Positions 1 through 8,581 of a DNA stretch of 24,000 bases are shown in pieces. The position numbers were made by a program, and so were the translations under genes. This stretch comes from Candidatus Pacearchaeota archaeon (lineage in GTDB: Archaea; Nanobdellota; Nanobdellia; Pacearchaeales; GW2011-AR1). The first letter of the stretch is position 1, and every line of letters starts with the position of its first letter. Location of the stretch: NCBI GenBank assembly GCA_049511795.1, contig JBEKXS010000002.1, positions 32,326-56,325 of the forward strand. Direction: 5' to 3'. A model generated the notes under the pieces. That model saw only the letters and a list, made by a program, of their open reading frames with translations. It ran no database searches and was not told the origin of the DNA.

Positions 1-624
1 ATAATAATAAACTCTAGTGCCTTTTTTGCTCAACAAAAAAACTTCTTTCAAAAAGCTGTCTTTTAGCTGCGGTCTTGGCATTACAATCACATCAAACTTG
101 TTTTTTATTTTTCCAGCAATTTTCTTGATATCTCCATCAAAGAAAATGATTTTGTTCTTTACATTGTTCAGCTCTGCATTTAGCCTTCCATATTTGTTTG
201 CTTCTTTGTTTATTTCATTTGAATAAATAATTTCTGCTTTTGAATTCTTGGCTATGACAACAGAAAATGGTGCAGCTCCTGCAAACATGACAAAAACATT
301 GTCTTTCTTTTTTATTTTTCCAGCAACTTCTTTTCTTTCATTGCTTAGTCTGGAGGAAAAGTAAACAGAATCAACATTAAACCTAAAAACACAGTTGTTT
401 TCCCTGTAAATTGCCTCTTTTGTTTTGACTCCAGAAACAAATTTCGTTTCCTGCTTTCTCAGTCTACCCTTAAATCCTCCTGTTTTCTCAAGGACGGTTG
501 TTATTGATCTATTCTTCTTCAGAATTTTATCTGCAATTTTTTTCTTTTCCTTTACTTTTGTTCCTCTTGAAAACTTCACAAGGGCAATATTCCCAAGAAT
601 ATCATAAGGTGCTTTTGTGTCCAT
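1..624 (-). CDS. Trm5-like tRNA (guanine37-N1)-methyltransferase / class I SAM methyltransferase, 3' end truncated by window edge
   Basis: Continuous minus-strand frame from ATG (622-624) to position 1, absent from the supplied ORF track. Translates as MDTKAPYDILGNIALVKFSRGTKVKEKKKIADKILKKNRSITTVLEKTGGFKGRLRKQETKFV...FAGAAPFSVVIAK...FDVIVMPRP...LLSKKGTRVYYY. The central FAGxxPFSV motif and late VMPRP motif resemble Trm5 enzymes. TATA box TTTATAAA lies 25.5 nt upstream. Confidence 0.8.
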   Translation of the reverse strand, partial: MDTKAPYDILGNIALVKFSRGTKVKEKKKIADKILKKNRSITTVLEKTGGFKGRLRKQETKFVSGVKTKEAIYRENNCVFRFNVDSVYFSSRLSNERKEVAGKIKKKDNVFVMFAGAAPFSVVIAKNSKAEIIYSNEINKEANKYGRLNAELNNVKNKIIFFDGDIKKIAGKIKNKFDVIVMPRPQLKDSFLKEVFLLSKKGTRVYYY

Positions 625-645
625 TATAAAAAAAGAACATTAATC

Positions 646-653
646 TTTATAAA
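646..653. promoter_or_regulatory. Palindromic TATA box shared by divergent genes
   Basis: TTTATAAA centred 25.5 nt from both the minus ATG (624) and the plus ATG (675). Confidence 0.7.
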
Positions 654-674
654 TATTAAATTACTGTCTGTGGT

Positions 675-1469
675 ATGAAAAGAGGTTTAGGTTTGTCTTT
701 GTTAGTTTTGGTTTCTGGCTTGTTTATCTTAAATTTTGTTAGCGCTCAGTTTTTTGGGTCAAACAGCTTTTCAATAACCAGCTTCTTCAACAGTGTCAAT
801 CCTCAAGACATGACTTTTTTGGCGCTTTTCTTCATTCTTTTTGCACTCATCTTTTTCATTCTTAGCAAAGCCCGTTTTTTCAGAGACGCTTATGGAAATC
901 CAAATAGGGCAGTAATAGGTGTAATTGCTATAGCAGTTTCTTTGTTAAGCACATATTATCTTTACACATCTGGTTTTGATTTGCAAGGAATGTTTTCAGG
1001 GTTTGGTGTTTCTTCTGACATATTTTATCCTGTCTTTGCTGTAATTTTGGTTGTAGCTGCAATCTTCATGATTATGTACATGGGATTCAGAGGATTTTTC
1101 ATAATATCGGGAATATTACTTATTCTTGTAGCTCTTTTCACAAACCTAATTTATTCAGAAGGCATTGCAATAATTGTCGGCATAATACTTCTTGCTCTTG
1201 GGCTATGGATGGGAAGAGGTTCTAAAAATGCAATGATAAGTGGAGGAAGAGCTTTTGGAGGACAAGTTAGGAAAGATTATCCTGCAGCTTCAGCAGGATG
1301 GCTATGGGTTTTATTAAGCGGTTTAGTACTTGTAGTTGGGTTTGCTTTGAGTAATGGAATAGTTATGATTATCGGATTTATTTTGACTGTTGTAACATTA
1401 TGGATTAAATTTAGAGGACCAAAACCACAGCAATCAGGTTATCTTGAACCACATCCAGTAAATATCTAA
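675..1469 (+). CDS. Multi-pass membrane protein of unknown function (264 aa)
   Basis: Complete ORF with many hydrophobic segments; TTTATAAA centred 25.5 nt upstream of the ATG. Confidence 0.75.
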   Translation: MKRGLGLSLLVLVSGLFILNFVSAQFFGSNSFSITSFFNSVNPQDMTFLALFFILFALIFFILSKARFFRDAYGNPNRAVIGVIAIAVSLLSTYYLYTSGFDLQGMFSGFGVSSDIFYPVFAVILVVAAIFMIMYMGFRGFFIISGILLILVALFTNLIYSEGIAIIVGIILLALGLWMGRGSKNAMISGGRAFGGQVRKDYPAASAGWLWVLLSGLVLVVGFALSNGIVMIIGFILTVVTLWIKFRGPKPQQSGYLEPHPVNI

Positions 1470-2507
1470 TTAAACCCAATCACCCAACGCTTTCTGTTTT
1501 TTCTGCTCTTTTATCTCGTGCAGTTTCTCAAGTTGCTTGTCAACCCTTTCTTCTGAGAAATCATGTTCGTTGACAAGAATTCTTTTTATTTCATCCTCGT
1601 TAACTTTGTGGAATTTAATGTCTGGATTTACAGTTCTTGGTTTGTGAAATAATTCAAAAATTTCCTGCCAATCAAATCTATCTTCTAAAGGCAGACCCAT
1701 CATCTGCTCTTCAACACTTTTGAAAATCAAAACAGGCTGCTTGTATTTTTTTACAAGTTCCAAAGCTCTTTTCTGTCCTATTCCTGGAATTCCTCTTGGA
1801 TTGTAATCTGTTCCAACTAAAATTCCCAAGCATATTAACTGATCCAAATTTATTTCTAGAAGATTTAACACACGATCCAATTCAATAAGTTCTGGTTTTA
1901 TTTCAACCCAGCCGGAAATTGTTTTTCTTTTTCTGGCAAGTCCTAAATTTCTTATGAGCTTTGTCGCTCCAAAAAGAAGGCTGTCATAATCCTGGCTCAC
2001 AACTCCATAGCTTGGCTTGACTCTACTAAGAAAAGCAGCTTCTGATTCTCCTTCCCCAGGAGCCTGAACAACTCCGATGCCCATTGCTTCCAAAAGCTCT
2101 TTGCTTTCTCTCAACATTTCATCATTAATCTTGACAAACTGGGAACTGTAGCGTTTCATTCCTTCAACATCTTCTTCCTGCTTCGCTTCTTCATATCTTG
2201 ATTTCGCAAGTTCTCTTACTTCTGCCCTTATTTTGTGTGTTCCTGCTTTCAAATCAGGAGGAGTTCCATCAAAAACATAAACCATTTTTATCCCTTCTGC
2301 AAGAAGGTTGACATTTCTATAGAAAATTCCAGACAAATGGGAAGTAACCCTGTGCTTATTGTCCATCAAAGGCGTCCCATCTGGCTGCCTGATTGTTGAA
2401 AGAAACTGGTAAAGCATGTTAAATGCATCTACAAAAACCAACTTGTCTTTTAAGTCAGAGATTTCTATCTCTTTTCTTGGAATTATGTCCTTGATATTTA
2501 GTCCCAT
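1470..2507 (-). CDS. fen: Flap endonuclease 1
   Basis: Canonical XPG-N (VFVDAFNMLYQFLSTIRQPDGTPLMD...TSHLSGIFYR) and XPG-I (APGEGESEAA, SQDYDSLLFG) motifs; C-terminal QKALGDWV resembles a PIP box. Confidence 0.95.
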   Translation of the reverse strand: MGLNIKDIIPRKEIEISDLKDKLVFVDAFNMLYQFLSTIRQPDGTPLMDNKHRVTSHLSGIFYRNVNLLAEGIKMVYVFDGTPPDLKAGTHKIRAEVRELAKSRYEEAKQEEDVEGMKRYSSQFVKINDEMLRESKELLEAMGIGVVQAPGEGESEAAFLSRVKPSYGVVSQDYDSLLFGATKLIRNLGLARKRKTISGWVEIKPELIELDRVLNLLEINLDQLICLGILVGTDYNPRGIPGIGQKRALELVKKYKQPVLIFKSVEEQMMGLPLEDRFDWQEIFELFHKPRTVNPDIKFHKVNEDEIKRILVNEHDFSEERVDKQLEKLHEIKEQKKQKALGDWV

Positions 2508-2547
2508 TTTACTAAGGAATTAAGGAAAAATAAATATAAATAATTAT

Positions 2548-2979
2548 CTAAGCATAAGCAGCTGTTTCCTCACCTGGTTCATAACCATATTCTCTAGCCT
2601 GTGCGTATACTTTCCTTTTTACATCCATGAAAAAACCGCGTAATTGTGGGGCTTTTAATTTGTAATATTGCCTAGAAATAGGAATCCCTAAATTTTTAAG
2701 GTCTCTAAGAATTCTTAATCTTTCTTTTTTAGATATTTTTTCCCCTGTTTCTGTAAGTTCCAATTGTCTTGCTGCCAATAAAAAAACTGTAGGTTTAACT
2801 TTTGTTTCTAAGCCGGATGTTTCTGGAGCAATTTTAGGCAAGCCTAGTTGTTCTCTTATTTTAGTATTAATTTCCGGAAAGCTCTGTCTAGTGCCTATTT
2901 CTTCATCATAGTCTCCAGGCCAATCAAGATTAGGTATTCCATGAAGTCTTGGTCCGCTTGGTTCATCATAATCTCCCAT
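2548..2979 (-). CDS. Uncharacterised 143-aa protein upstream of FEN1
   Basis: Complete ORF, TATATAAA (3001-3008) centred 25.5 nt upstream of ATG, co-oriented with FEN1. Confidence 0.65.
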   Translation of the reverse strand: MGDYDEPSGPRLHGIPNLDWPGDYDEEIGTRQSFPEINTKIREQLGLPKIAPETSGLETKVKPTVFLLAARQLELTETGEKISKKERLRILRDLKNLGIPISRQYYKLKAPQLRGFFMDVKRKVYAQAREYGYEPGEETAAYA

Positions 2980-3071
2980 ACCTTTATTCCTTGAAAATCA
3001 TATATAAACCTTATGAAAAACCTTTCTTTTGGATCATTAAACTTTAAATAAGTCACCCTATTACTAAGATA

Positions 3072-5543
3072 ATGGAAACAGATTTTATCCCTATAGATTA
3101 TGACCACTTTGATTTTGAGGACAGAAATTACATAAAAATCTTCGGAAGAAACAGCAAAAACCAGAGAATCTGTGTTATTGACACTTGTCCAATCTATCTT
3201 TGGGCAATAATCAAGGACTCAGTGAGCCAAGAAAAAATAAACAAGCTCATTGAAAAGATAAAAGATATTGAACTTGATGTTAAGGGCAGAAAAACAAAGG
3301 TTGAAAAAATCGAGATTCATGAAAAAAATTTCCTTGACAAAAAAGTCAGAGCCTTGAAAATCTTCGCTACAAATTACAAAGACCTTCATGATGTTGCAGA
3401 CCGTTTGGATTTTCCAGAAATACAGTGTAGAAGAGGGTATGATTTAGGTTTTGATACTCATTATATAATTGAAAAAAGGATAAATCCATTGCAATGGTAT
3501 AAAATATCTGGAGAAGTTCTCAACAATTCTCAGAATTTTGGGGGGGTTGATTCAAATCTTGATGTTGATTTTTGCATTAAATTGGACTCCGCAAAAAAAA
3601 TAGATAATGACCTCGGTTTCAAGCCAAAAGTAATGGCTTATGATATTGAAACAGATGACATAAAGCTTGGGGAAGGTGAGATTTTGATGGTTTCTCTTGT
3701 TACAGATAGTTTCAAAAAAGTTATCACATGGAAAAAACCAAAAACAAGCGAGAAAAATCTTGATTTTCTAGAATTTGTTAAAGATGAGGCAGATTTGATA
3801 GAAAAATTCCTTGAATATGTAAAAAAGTTCTCTCCTGATTTTCTTGTTGGTTATTTCTCAGATGGTTTTGATCTTCCTTACATGAAAATGCGTGCAGAAA
3901 AAAATAATATAAGACTTTCAATTGGTCTTGATTCAAGCCAGCCTCGTTTCTCACGGGGATTTGAAGTTACTGCAAAAACAAAAGGTATTGTTCACGTGGA
4001 TCTCTTGAAATTCATAAGAACAGCATACTCTCAATATATGCAATCAGAAACTTTGTCTTTAAATGAAGTTGCACATGAATTTCTTGGTGATGAAAAAAAG
4101 CCATTCAAGCATCAGCATTCTTCAAAGCTAACTGATTCAAATTGGGAAAGTTATTTTGAATACAATCTTCATGATTCTGTTCTTGTTTATGGCTTGTTCG
4201 AAAAAATGTGGCCAGATATTCTTGAGTTCAGCAGAGTAATGCATGAGCCAACTTCAGAAGTAACAAGAAATGGGATGTCAAAGAATGTTGAATCATTCAT
4301 CCTTCATAATCTTGAAAAATTCAATGAAATTCCTGAAAAAAGGCCGACAAATGAGGAAATAGGCCAGAGAAGAGGAAAAGAAAAATATGAAGGAGCTTTT
4401 GTTTTTGAACCAACACATGGACTGTATGAGAATGTTGCAGTCTTTGACTTCACATCAAGTTATGGAAGCACAATAGTTACATACAATCTTTCAAAATCTA
4501 CATTTATTGATGATAAAAAATCTGAAAAAGATTCTTACAATATAGAAATTCAAGGCAAGAAAGTTTCTTTCAGTAAAAAACCTGGGTTTTTCCCGGAAAT
4601 GCTCAAAGAAATAATTGAAAAAAGGAAAAAATTCAAGGAAGAGCTAAACAAAAAGCCAGATGTAATAAAAAGAGCAAGAAGCAATGCATTCAAGCTGCTG
4701 GCAAATGCTTCCTATGGTTATCAGGGATTTTTCGGAGCAAGATATTATTCAAGAGAAGCTGCTGCTGCAACAGCTGCATTTGCAAAAAAATCAATCAGAG
4801 ATTCAATAGAAAAAATAGACAAGAGTGGCTACAAAGTAATTTACAGCGACACAGATAGTATAGCTTTCCTTATTGAAAATCATACAGAAGAACAGGCAAA
4901 AAAACTTTTGGAAAAATTAAATTCAGAGCTTCCTGGAATAATGGAGCTTGAGCTTGAAGGATTTTTCACCCGCGGTTTATGGGTTACAAAAAGATCAGGA
5001 ACACTTGGAGCAAAAAAGAAATATGCTCTTCTTGGAAAAGATAACAAGCTAAAAATCAGGGGTTTTGAAACAGTCAGGCGTGATTGGTGCAGCCTAGCAA
5101 GAAAAACGCAGAATGAAGTTATTAGAATGGTTTTGCAGGACGGAAATGAGCGAAGAGCGCTGGATTTCATAAAAAAAGTAATTCAGGACTTGAAGCAAAG
5201 AAAAATCCAGAGAGAAGAAATCATAATCAAGACAATGCTGCAAAAACCATTGGCAGAATACAAAGCAATTTCTCCTCATGTTATTGCGGCTCAAAAAATG
5301 CAGGAAAAAGAAATTCCAATAGGCAGCGGAAACATGATTGAATATTTTATAGCAGAAACAAGGGAAAAAAAGAAACTAGTCCGCGACAAGGTTAAGCTTC
5401 CTGATGAAAAAGGAGAATACAACATAGAATATTACCTTAACAAACAAATTCTTCCGGCAGTCGAAAACATTCTTCAGGTTTTCAACATAAATATTCATGA
5501 AATGATTGATGGAAAAAAGCAGACCAAGCTAGGAGACTTCTAA
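3072..5543 (+). CDS. polB: Family-B DNA polymerase (823 aa)
   Basis: Exo I MAYDIETDDI; motif A VFDFTSSYGSTIV; motif B KLLANASYGYQGFFGARYY; motif C VIYSDTDSIAF; KKKYALLG; C-terminal QTKLGDF. Confidence 0.95.
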   Translation: METDFIPIDYDHFDFEDRNYIKIFGRNSKNQRICVIDTCPIYLWAIIKDSVSQEKINKLIEKIKDIELDVKGRKTKVEKIEIHEKNFLDKKVRALKIFATNYKDLHDVADRLDFPEIQCRRGYDLGFDTHYIIEKRINPLQWYKISGEVLNNSQNFGGVDSNLDVDFCIKLDSAKKIDNDLGFKPKVMAYDIETDDIKLGEGEILMVSLVTDSFKKVITWKKPKTSEKNLDFLEFVKDEADLIEKFLEYVKKFSPDFLVGYFSDGFDLPYMKMRAEKNNIRLSIGLDSSQPRFSRGFEVTAKTKGIVHVDLLKFIRTAYSQYMQSETLSLNEVAHEFLGDEKKPFKHQHSSKLTDSNWESYFEYNLHDSVLVYGLFEKMWPDILEFSRVMHEPTSEVTRNGMSKNVESFILHNLEKFNEIPEKRPTNEEIGQRRGKEKYEGAFVFEPTHGLYENVAVFDFTSSYGSTIVTYNLSKSTFIDDKKSEKDSYNIEIQGKKVSFSKKPGFFPEMLKEIIEKRKKFKEELNKKPDVIKRARSNAFKLLANASYGYQGFFGARYYSREAAAATAAFAKKSIRDSIEKIDKSGYKVIYSDTDSIAFLIENHTEEQAKKLLEKLNSELPGIMELELEGFFTRGLWVTKRSGTLGAKKKYALLGKDNKLKIRGFETVRRDWCSLARKTQNEVIRMVLQDGNERRALDFIKKVIQDLKQRKIQREEIIIKTMLQKPLAEYKAISPHVIAAQKMQEKEIPIGSGNMIEYFIAETREKKKLVRDKVKLPDEKGEYNIEYYLNKQILPAVENILQVFNINIHEMIDGKKQTKLGDF

Positions 5544-5564
5544 CTTTTTAACTCTTAAATTGAT

Positions 5565-5690
5565 TTAAGCAAATACTAATGCGGCAACAGCTGCAAGAAT
5601 TGCTATAAATGCCCAGCCCTTGTGATGACCCCAAGCTGTAGCAGCAACAATAGCACAAACAACAGCTGCACCTATACCTAATGCGTCCAT
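5565..5690 (-). CDS. Small hydrophobic protein, 41 aa (MDALGIGAAVVCAIVAATAWGHHKGWAFIAILAAVAALVFA)
   Basis: Short ORF absent from the 60-aa ORF track. Two hydrophobic stretches flank GHHKG, and TTTATAAA (5712-5719) is centred 25.5 nt upstream of the ATG. Confidence 0.65.
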   Translation of the reverse strand: MDALGIGAAVVCAIVAATAWGHHKGWAFIAILAAVAALVFA

Positions 5691-5711
5691 TAGAGAATAA
5701 CCCAAACTAAA

Positions 5712-5719
5712 TTTATAAA
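5712..5719. promoter_or_regulatory. Palindromic TATA box shared by divergent genes
   Basis: TTTATAAA centred 25.5 nt from minus ATG 5690 and 26.5 nt from plus ATG 5742. Confidence 0.65.
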
Positions 5720-5741
5720 CGTAACTAAACTTTCGATATTT

Positions 5742-6704
5742 ATGGTAAAGAAACTTTATCCACCAAAGCCTCTTTTTCTTGAGAGAATGAAGTCTCTTCT
5801 TGAAAAAGATTTTGACAATTATCTGAAAATTCTTGAAAAGCCACCTGTAAATTCAATCAGATGCAACACATTAAAAATATCTCCAGAAGAATTGAAAAAA
5901 AGGCTTGAAAAAATGTCTTGGATTATAGAACAGCCATTCAAAGAAGCTCCAGAAGTCATGATAATAAAAAATAACCTCCAGCCGGGCGAATTGGGAAGAA
6001 GTCTTGAACATCTTCTCGGTTATTATTATGTTCAGGAAATTGCAAGCATGCTTCCTGTTCTTGTTTTGAAGCCAAAGCCAGGTGAACTTGTTCTTGATTT
6101 GGCAGCTGCTCCTGGAAGTAAGACAACTCAGATTGCAGCAGAAATGGAAAATAAAGGAACAATAATTGCAAATGAAGTAAGCATTGGTCGTTTGAAAATT
6201 CTTGCATCAAATACAGAAAGATGCGGAGTCTTGAATGCAGTAATAACAAAAAAAGATGGTGTAGCTCTTTGCAAGAGAATGAAAGAGCAAGGTTTTCTTT
6301 TTGACAAAATCCTTGTTGATGCTCCTTGCTCTGGAGAAGGAACAATCCGTAGTTCCAATATAACAAACTTGATGTGGAATCCAAAAACAATAAAACAGCT
6401 TTCCAAGCTCCAGAAATCGCTATTAGCTTCTGCAATAGAAATTTTGAAAACAGGGGGCGAGATTGTTTACAGCACATGCACTCATGCGCCAGAAGAAAAC
6501 GAGGAAGTTATTGATTTTGTTCTTAAAGAATCTGGAAAAAATGTTAAAGTAGAAAAAATAAGTCTTCCAATTAAATGCCGACCTGGTGTAACTAACTGGG
6601 AAAATAGTTCTTATAATAAAACAGTTGAAAATTCTTGCAGAGTTTATCCTCAGGACAATGATACAGAAGGATTTTTCATAGCAAAAATCAGGAAAATAAA
6701 ATGA
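5742..6704 (+). CDS. NOL1/NOP2/Sun-family tRNA/rRNA cytosine-C5 methyltransferase
   Basis: KPPVNSIRCNTLKI, VLDLAAAPGSKTTQIA, DAPCSGEGTI, YSTCTHAPEENEEV motifs. Confidence 0.92.
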   Translation: MVKKLYPPKPLFLERMKSLLEKDFDNYLKILEKPPVNSIRCNTLKISPEELKKRLEKMSWIIEQPFKEAPEVMIIKNNLQPGELGRSLEHLLGYYYVQEIASMLPVLVLKPKPGELVLDLAAAPGSKTTQIAAEMENKGTIIANEVSIGRLKILASNTERCGVLNAVITKKDGVALCKRMKEQGFLFDKILVDAPCSGEGTIRSSNITNLMWNPKTIKQLSKLQKSLLASAIEILKTGGEIVYSTCTHAPEENEEVIDFVLKESGKNVKVEKISLPIKCRPGVTNWENSSYNKTVENSCRVYPQDNDTEGFFIAKIRKIK

Positions 6705-7192
6705 AGAGAATAAGGATAATTGGAACTCCTGGAAGCGGAAAATCCTACCTTGCAGAATTAATTTCTAGAAAATTGAAAATTCGAGTTTATGATTTAGATG
6801 ATTTATATTGGTATAAAAAATATAGTAAGAAAAGAAGCCCAAAAAAATTAAGAGAATTAATAAAAAATATAACAAATAAAAAATCATGGATAATAGAGGG
6901 GATGCAATATGGTGTTGATAGTGAGTGGATTATAAAAAAAAGTGAACTTGTAATATGGGTTAATCCTTCTTTACATAAAATTATTTTTAGGTTAATTCTA
7001 AGGCATAAAAATAGAAAGAACGAAAAATTGTCTGGAACCCTAAAACTTATAAAATCAGTTATAAAATATAAGCTTAATATAAACTCCAAACACAAAAAAG
7101 CCCATAATAGTTACTTTCAAAAATATAGTCATAAATTCATTGTGATAAAAAATAATAAAGGTATAGAAAAATTCTTGGGAATTTTAAAATGA
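6701..7192 (+). CDS. Small P-loop NTPase/kinase (adenylate kinase / topology-modulation-protein-like)
   Basis: Walker A GTPGSGKSY near N-terminus, VYDLDDLYWYKKY, SWIIEGMQY; ATGA overlaps with both neighbouring genes. Confidence 0.75.
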   Translation: MKRIRIIGTPGSGKSYLAELISRKLKIRVYDLDDLYWYKKYSKKRSPKKLRELIKNITNKKSWIIEGMQYGVDSEWIIKKSELVIWVNPSLHKIIFRLILRHKNRKNEKLSGTLKLIKSVIKYKLNINSKHKKAHNSYFQKYSHKFIVIKNNKGIEKFLGILK

Positions 7193-7656
7193 GTTTCATA
7201 AAAATATTAAACGAAAGAGAAAAGACAAAGATAGAAGAGCAATTAAAAGAGCAATTTGGCATTTCTTCTGTTCCTGGCACAATCATAATGCGTGGCGCAG
7301 AAAGATTATTTCTTTTTTCTGGAAATCTTAGTGAAAAAGAAATTGAAAAACTTGAGAAATGCACATTCATAGAAAGAATGGGTGTTTATTTTGCAAAACT
7401 TGTTGATGACAAAATCAGATTAAGTATTGAAGGCTCCCAAATTCTTAAAGATCAAGTAACAAAGAATATTTTTACATTGGATTCCAAGCAAGCAGAAGAA
7501 TGGATGAAAGGCCGTGAGCTTCCTATTAAAACAGAAACTCATGGATTTTTGATAATGAAGCATGGAGAAGATTTTCTTGGAACAGGAAAAGCTTCTGATG
7601 AAAAAATTGGAAACTTTATTCCAAAGAATAGAAGATTAAGGGAAAGGCAGCAGTAA
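7189..7656 (+). CDS. Small protein with probable C-terminal PUA-like domain (NOL1/NOP2/Nip7-type RNA-modification partner)
   Basis: ATGA overlap with upstream ORF; pattern ...RELPIKTETHGFLIMKHGEDFLGTGKASDEKIGNFIPKNRRLR resembles the PUA-like tail of NOL1/NOP2/Fmu-associated proteins. Confidence 0.6.
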   Translation: MSFIKILNEREKTKIEEQLKEQFGISSVPGTIIMRGAERLFLFSGNLSEKEIEKLEKCTFIERMGVYFAKLVDDKIRLSIEGSQILKDQVTKNIFTLDSKQAEEWMKGRELPIKTETHGFLIMKHGEDFLGTGKASDEKIGNFIPKNRRLRERQQ

Positions 7657-7696
7657 TTAACAAAAATTTTATAAAATGCTGTTTTCTTCAATAAAA

Positions 7697-8581
7697 ATGG
7701 AACTAAACAAGGAAAAAATCCTCAAGGCAGGAAAAATAACAAAAGAAACAAGAGATTATGCAAAAACAATTGTAAAAAAAGGCGTTCCTTTGCTAGAAAT
7801 AGCTGAAAAAATAGAAGCAAAAATAGAAAGCCTCGGAGGAAAGCCTGCATTTCCAACAAATTTAAGCATAAACGAGGTTGCAGCACATTACACTCCAGGT
7901 CATGATGATAAAACACTGGCACATGGGTTGATTAAAGTTGATTTCGGTGTCCATTTTGATGGCTTCACAGCTGATAATTCTATTTCATTTGACCTTGAAA
8001 ACAGCGAAGAAAACAAAAAACTTATTTCAGCAGCAGAAGAAGCTTTGAAAAAAGCGATTGAGATTGTTAAAGTTGGAGTTTCTGCAAATAAAATCGGCAA
8101 AGTTATTCAAGACACTATAGAATCAAAAGGTTTTACTCCAATAATAAATCTCTCAGGCCATAGTATGGAACAATATGAGTTGCATGCAGGAGTTACAATT
8201 CCAAATATAGATGATGGTCGTGGTGTTATCCTAAAAGAAGGCCTTTATGCCATAGAACCATTCACAACAGCAGGCAGTGGTAAGGTTCGTGATGGTCGCC
8301 ATTCCGGAATTTACAATTTGCAAAACACAAAAAAGCCAAGAAGCCAAACAGCAAGAGAAATCCTGGATTTCATTGAAAAAGAATACAACACATTGCCTTT
8401 CTGCTCAAGATGGATTGTAAAAAAATTTGGTCCGAAAGCTCTATTTGCATTAAACGAGCTTGAATTAAACGGAAATCTTCATCAATATGACCAGTTAGTT
8501 GAAATTTCTGGGAAGCCCGTAGGTCAGGCAGAACACACCATTCTTGTAGAAAAAGACAAAGTTACTGTGACAACGATTTAA
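7697..8581 (+). CDS. map: Methionine aminopeptidase, type II
   Basis: Metallopeptidase M24 motifs (HYTPGHDD, KVDFGVHFDGFTADNS, GHSMEQYELHAG, IEPFTTAGSG, VGQAEHTILV). Start placed at internal ATG 7697 because the track start (7676) lies inside the TATA box TTTTATAAAA (7667-7676), and 7697 is 25.5 nt from the box centre. Confidence 0.93.
   Translation: MELNKEKILKAGKITKETRDYAKTIVKKGVPLLEIAEKIEAKIESLGGKPAFPTNLSINEVAAHYTPGHDDKTLAHGLIKVDFGVHFDGFTADNSISFDLENSEENKKLISAAEEALKKAIEIVKVGVSANKIGKVIQDTIESKGFTPIINLSGHSMEQYELHAGVTIPNIDDGRGVILKEGLYAIEPFTTAGSGKVRDGRHSGIYNLQNTKKPRSQTAREILDFIEKEYNTLPFCSRWIVKKFGPKALFALNELELNGNLHQYDQLVEISGKPVGQAEHTILVEKDKVTVTTI

Noticed and set aside
17-607. Plus-strand ORFs 17-226 and 425-607
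   Set aside because: Antisense shadows of the minus-strand Trm5-like gene
4880-5294. Minus-strand ORFs of 96 and 66 aa inside polB
   Set aside because: Antisense to conserved polymerase motifs, Ser/Phe-rich shadow composition
5956-6477. 173-aa minus-strand ORF
   Set aside because: Antisense to the m5C methyltransferase catalytic motifs; low-complexity composition
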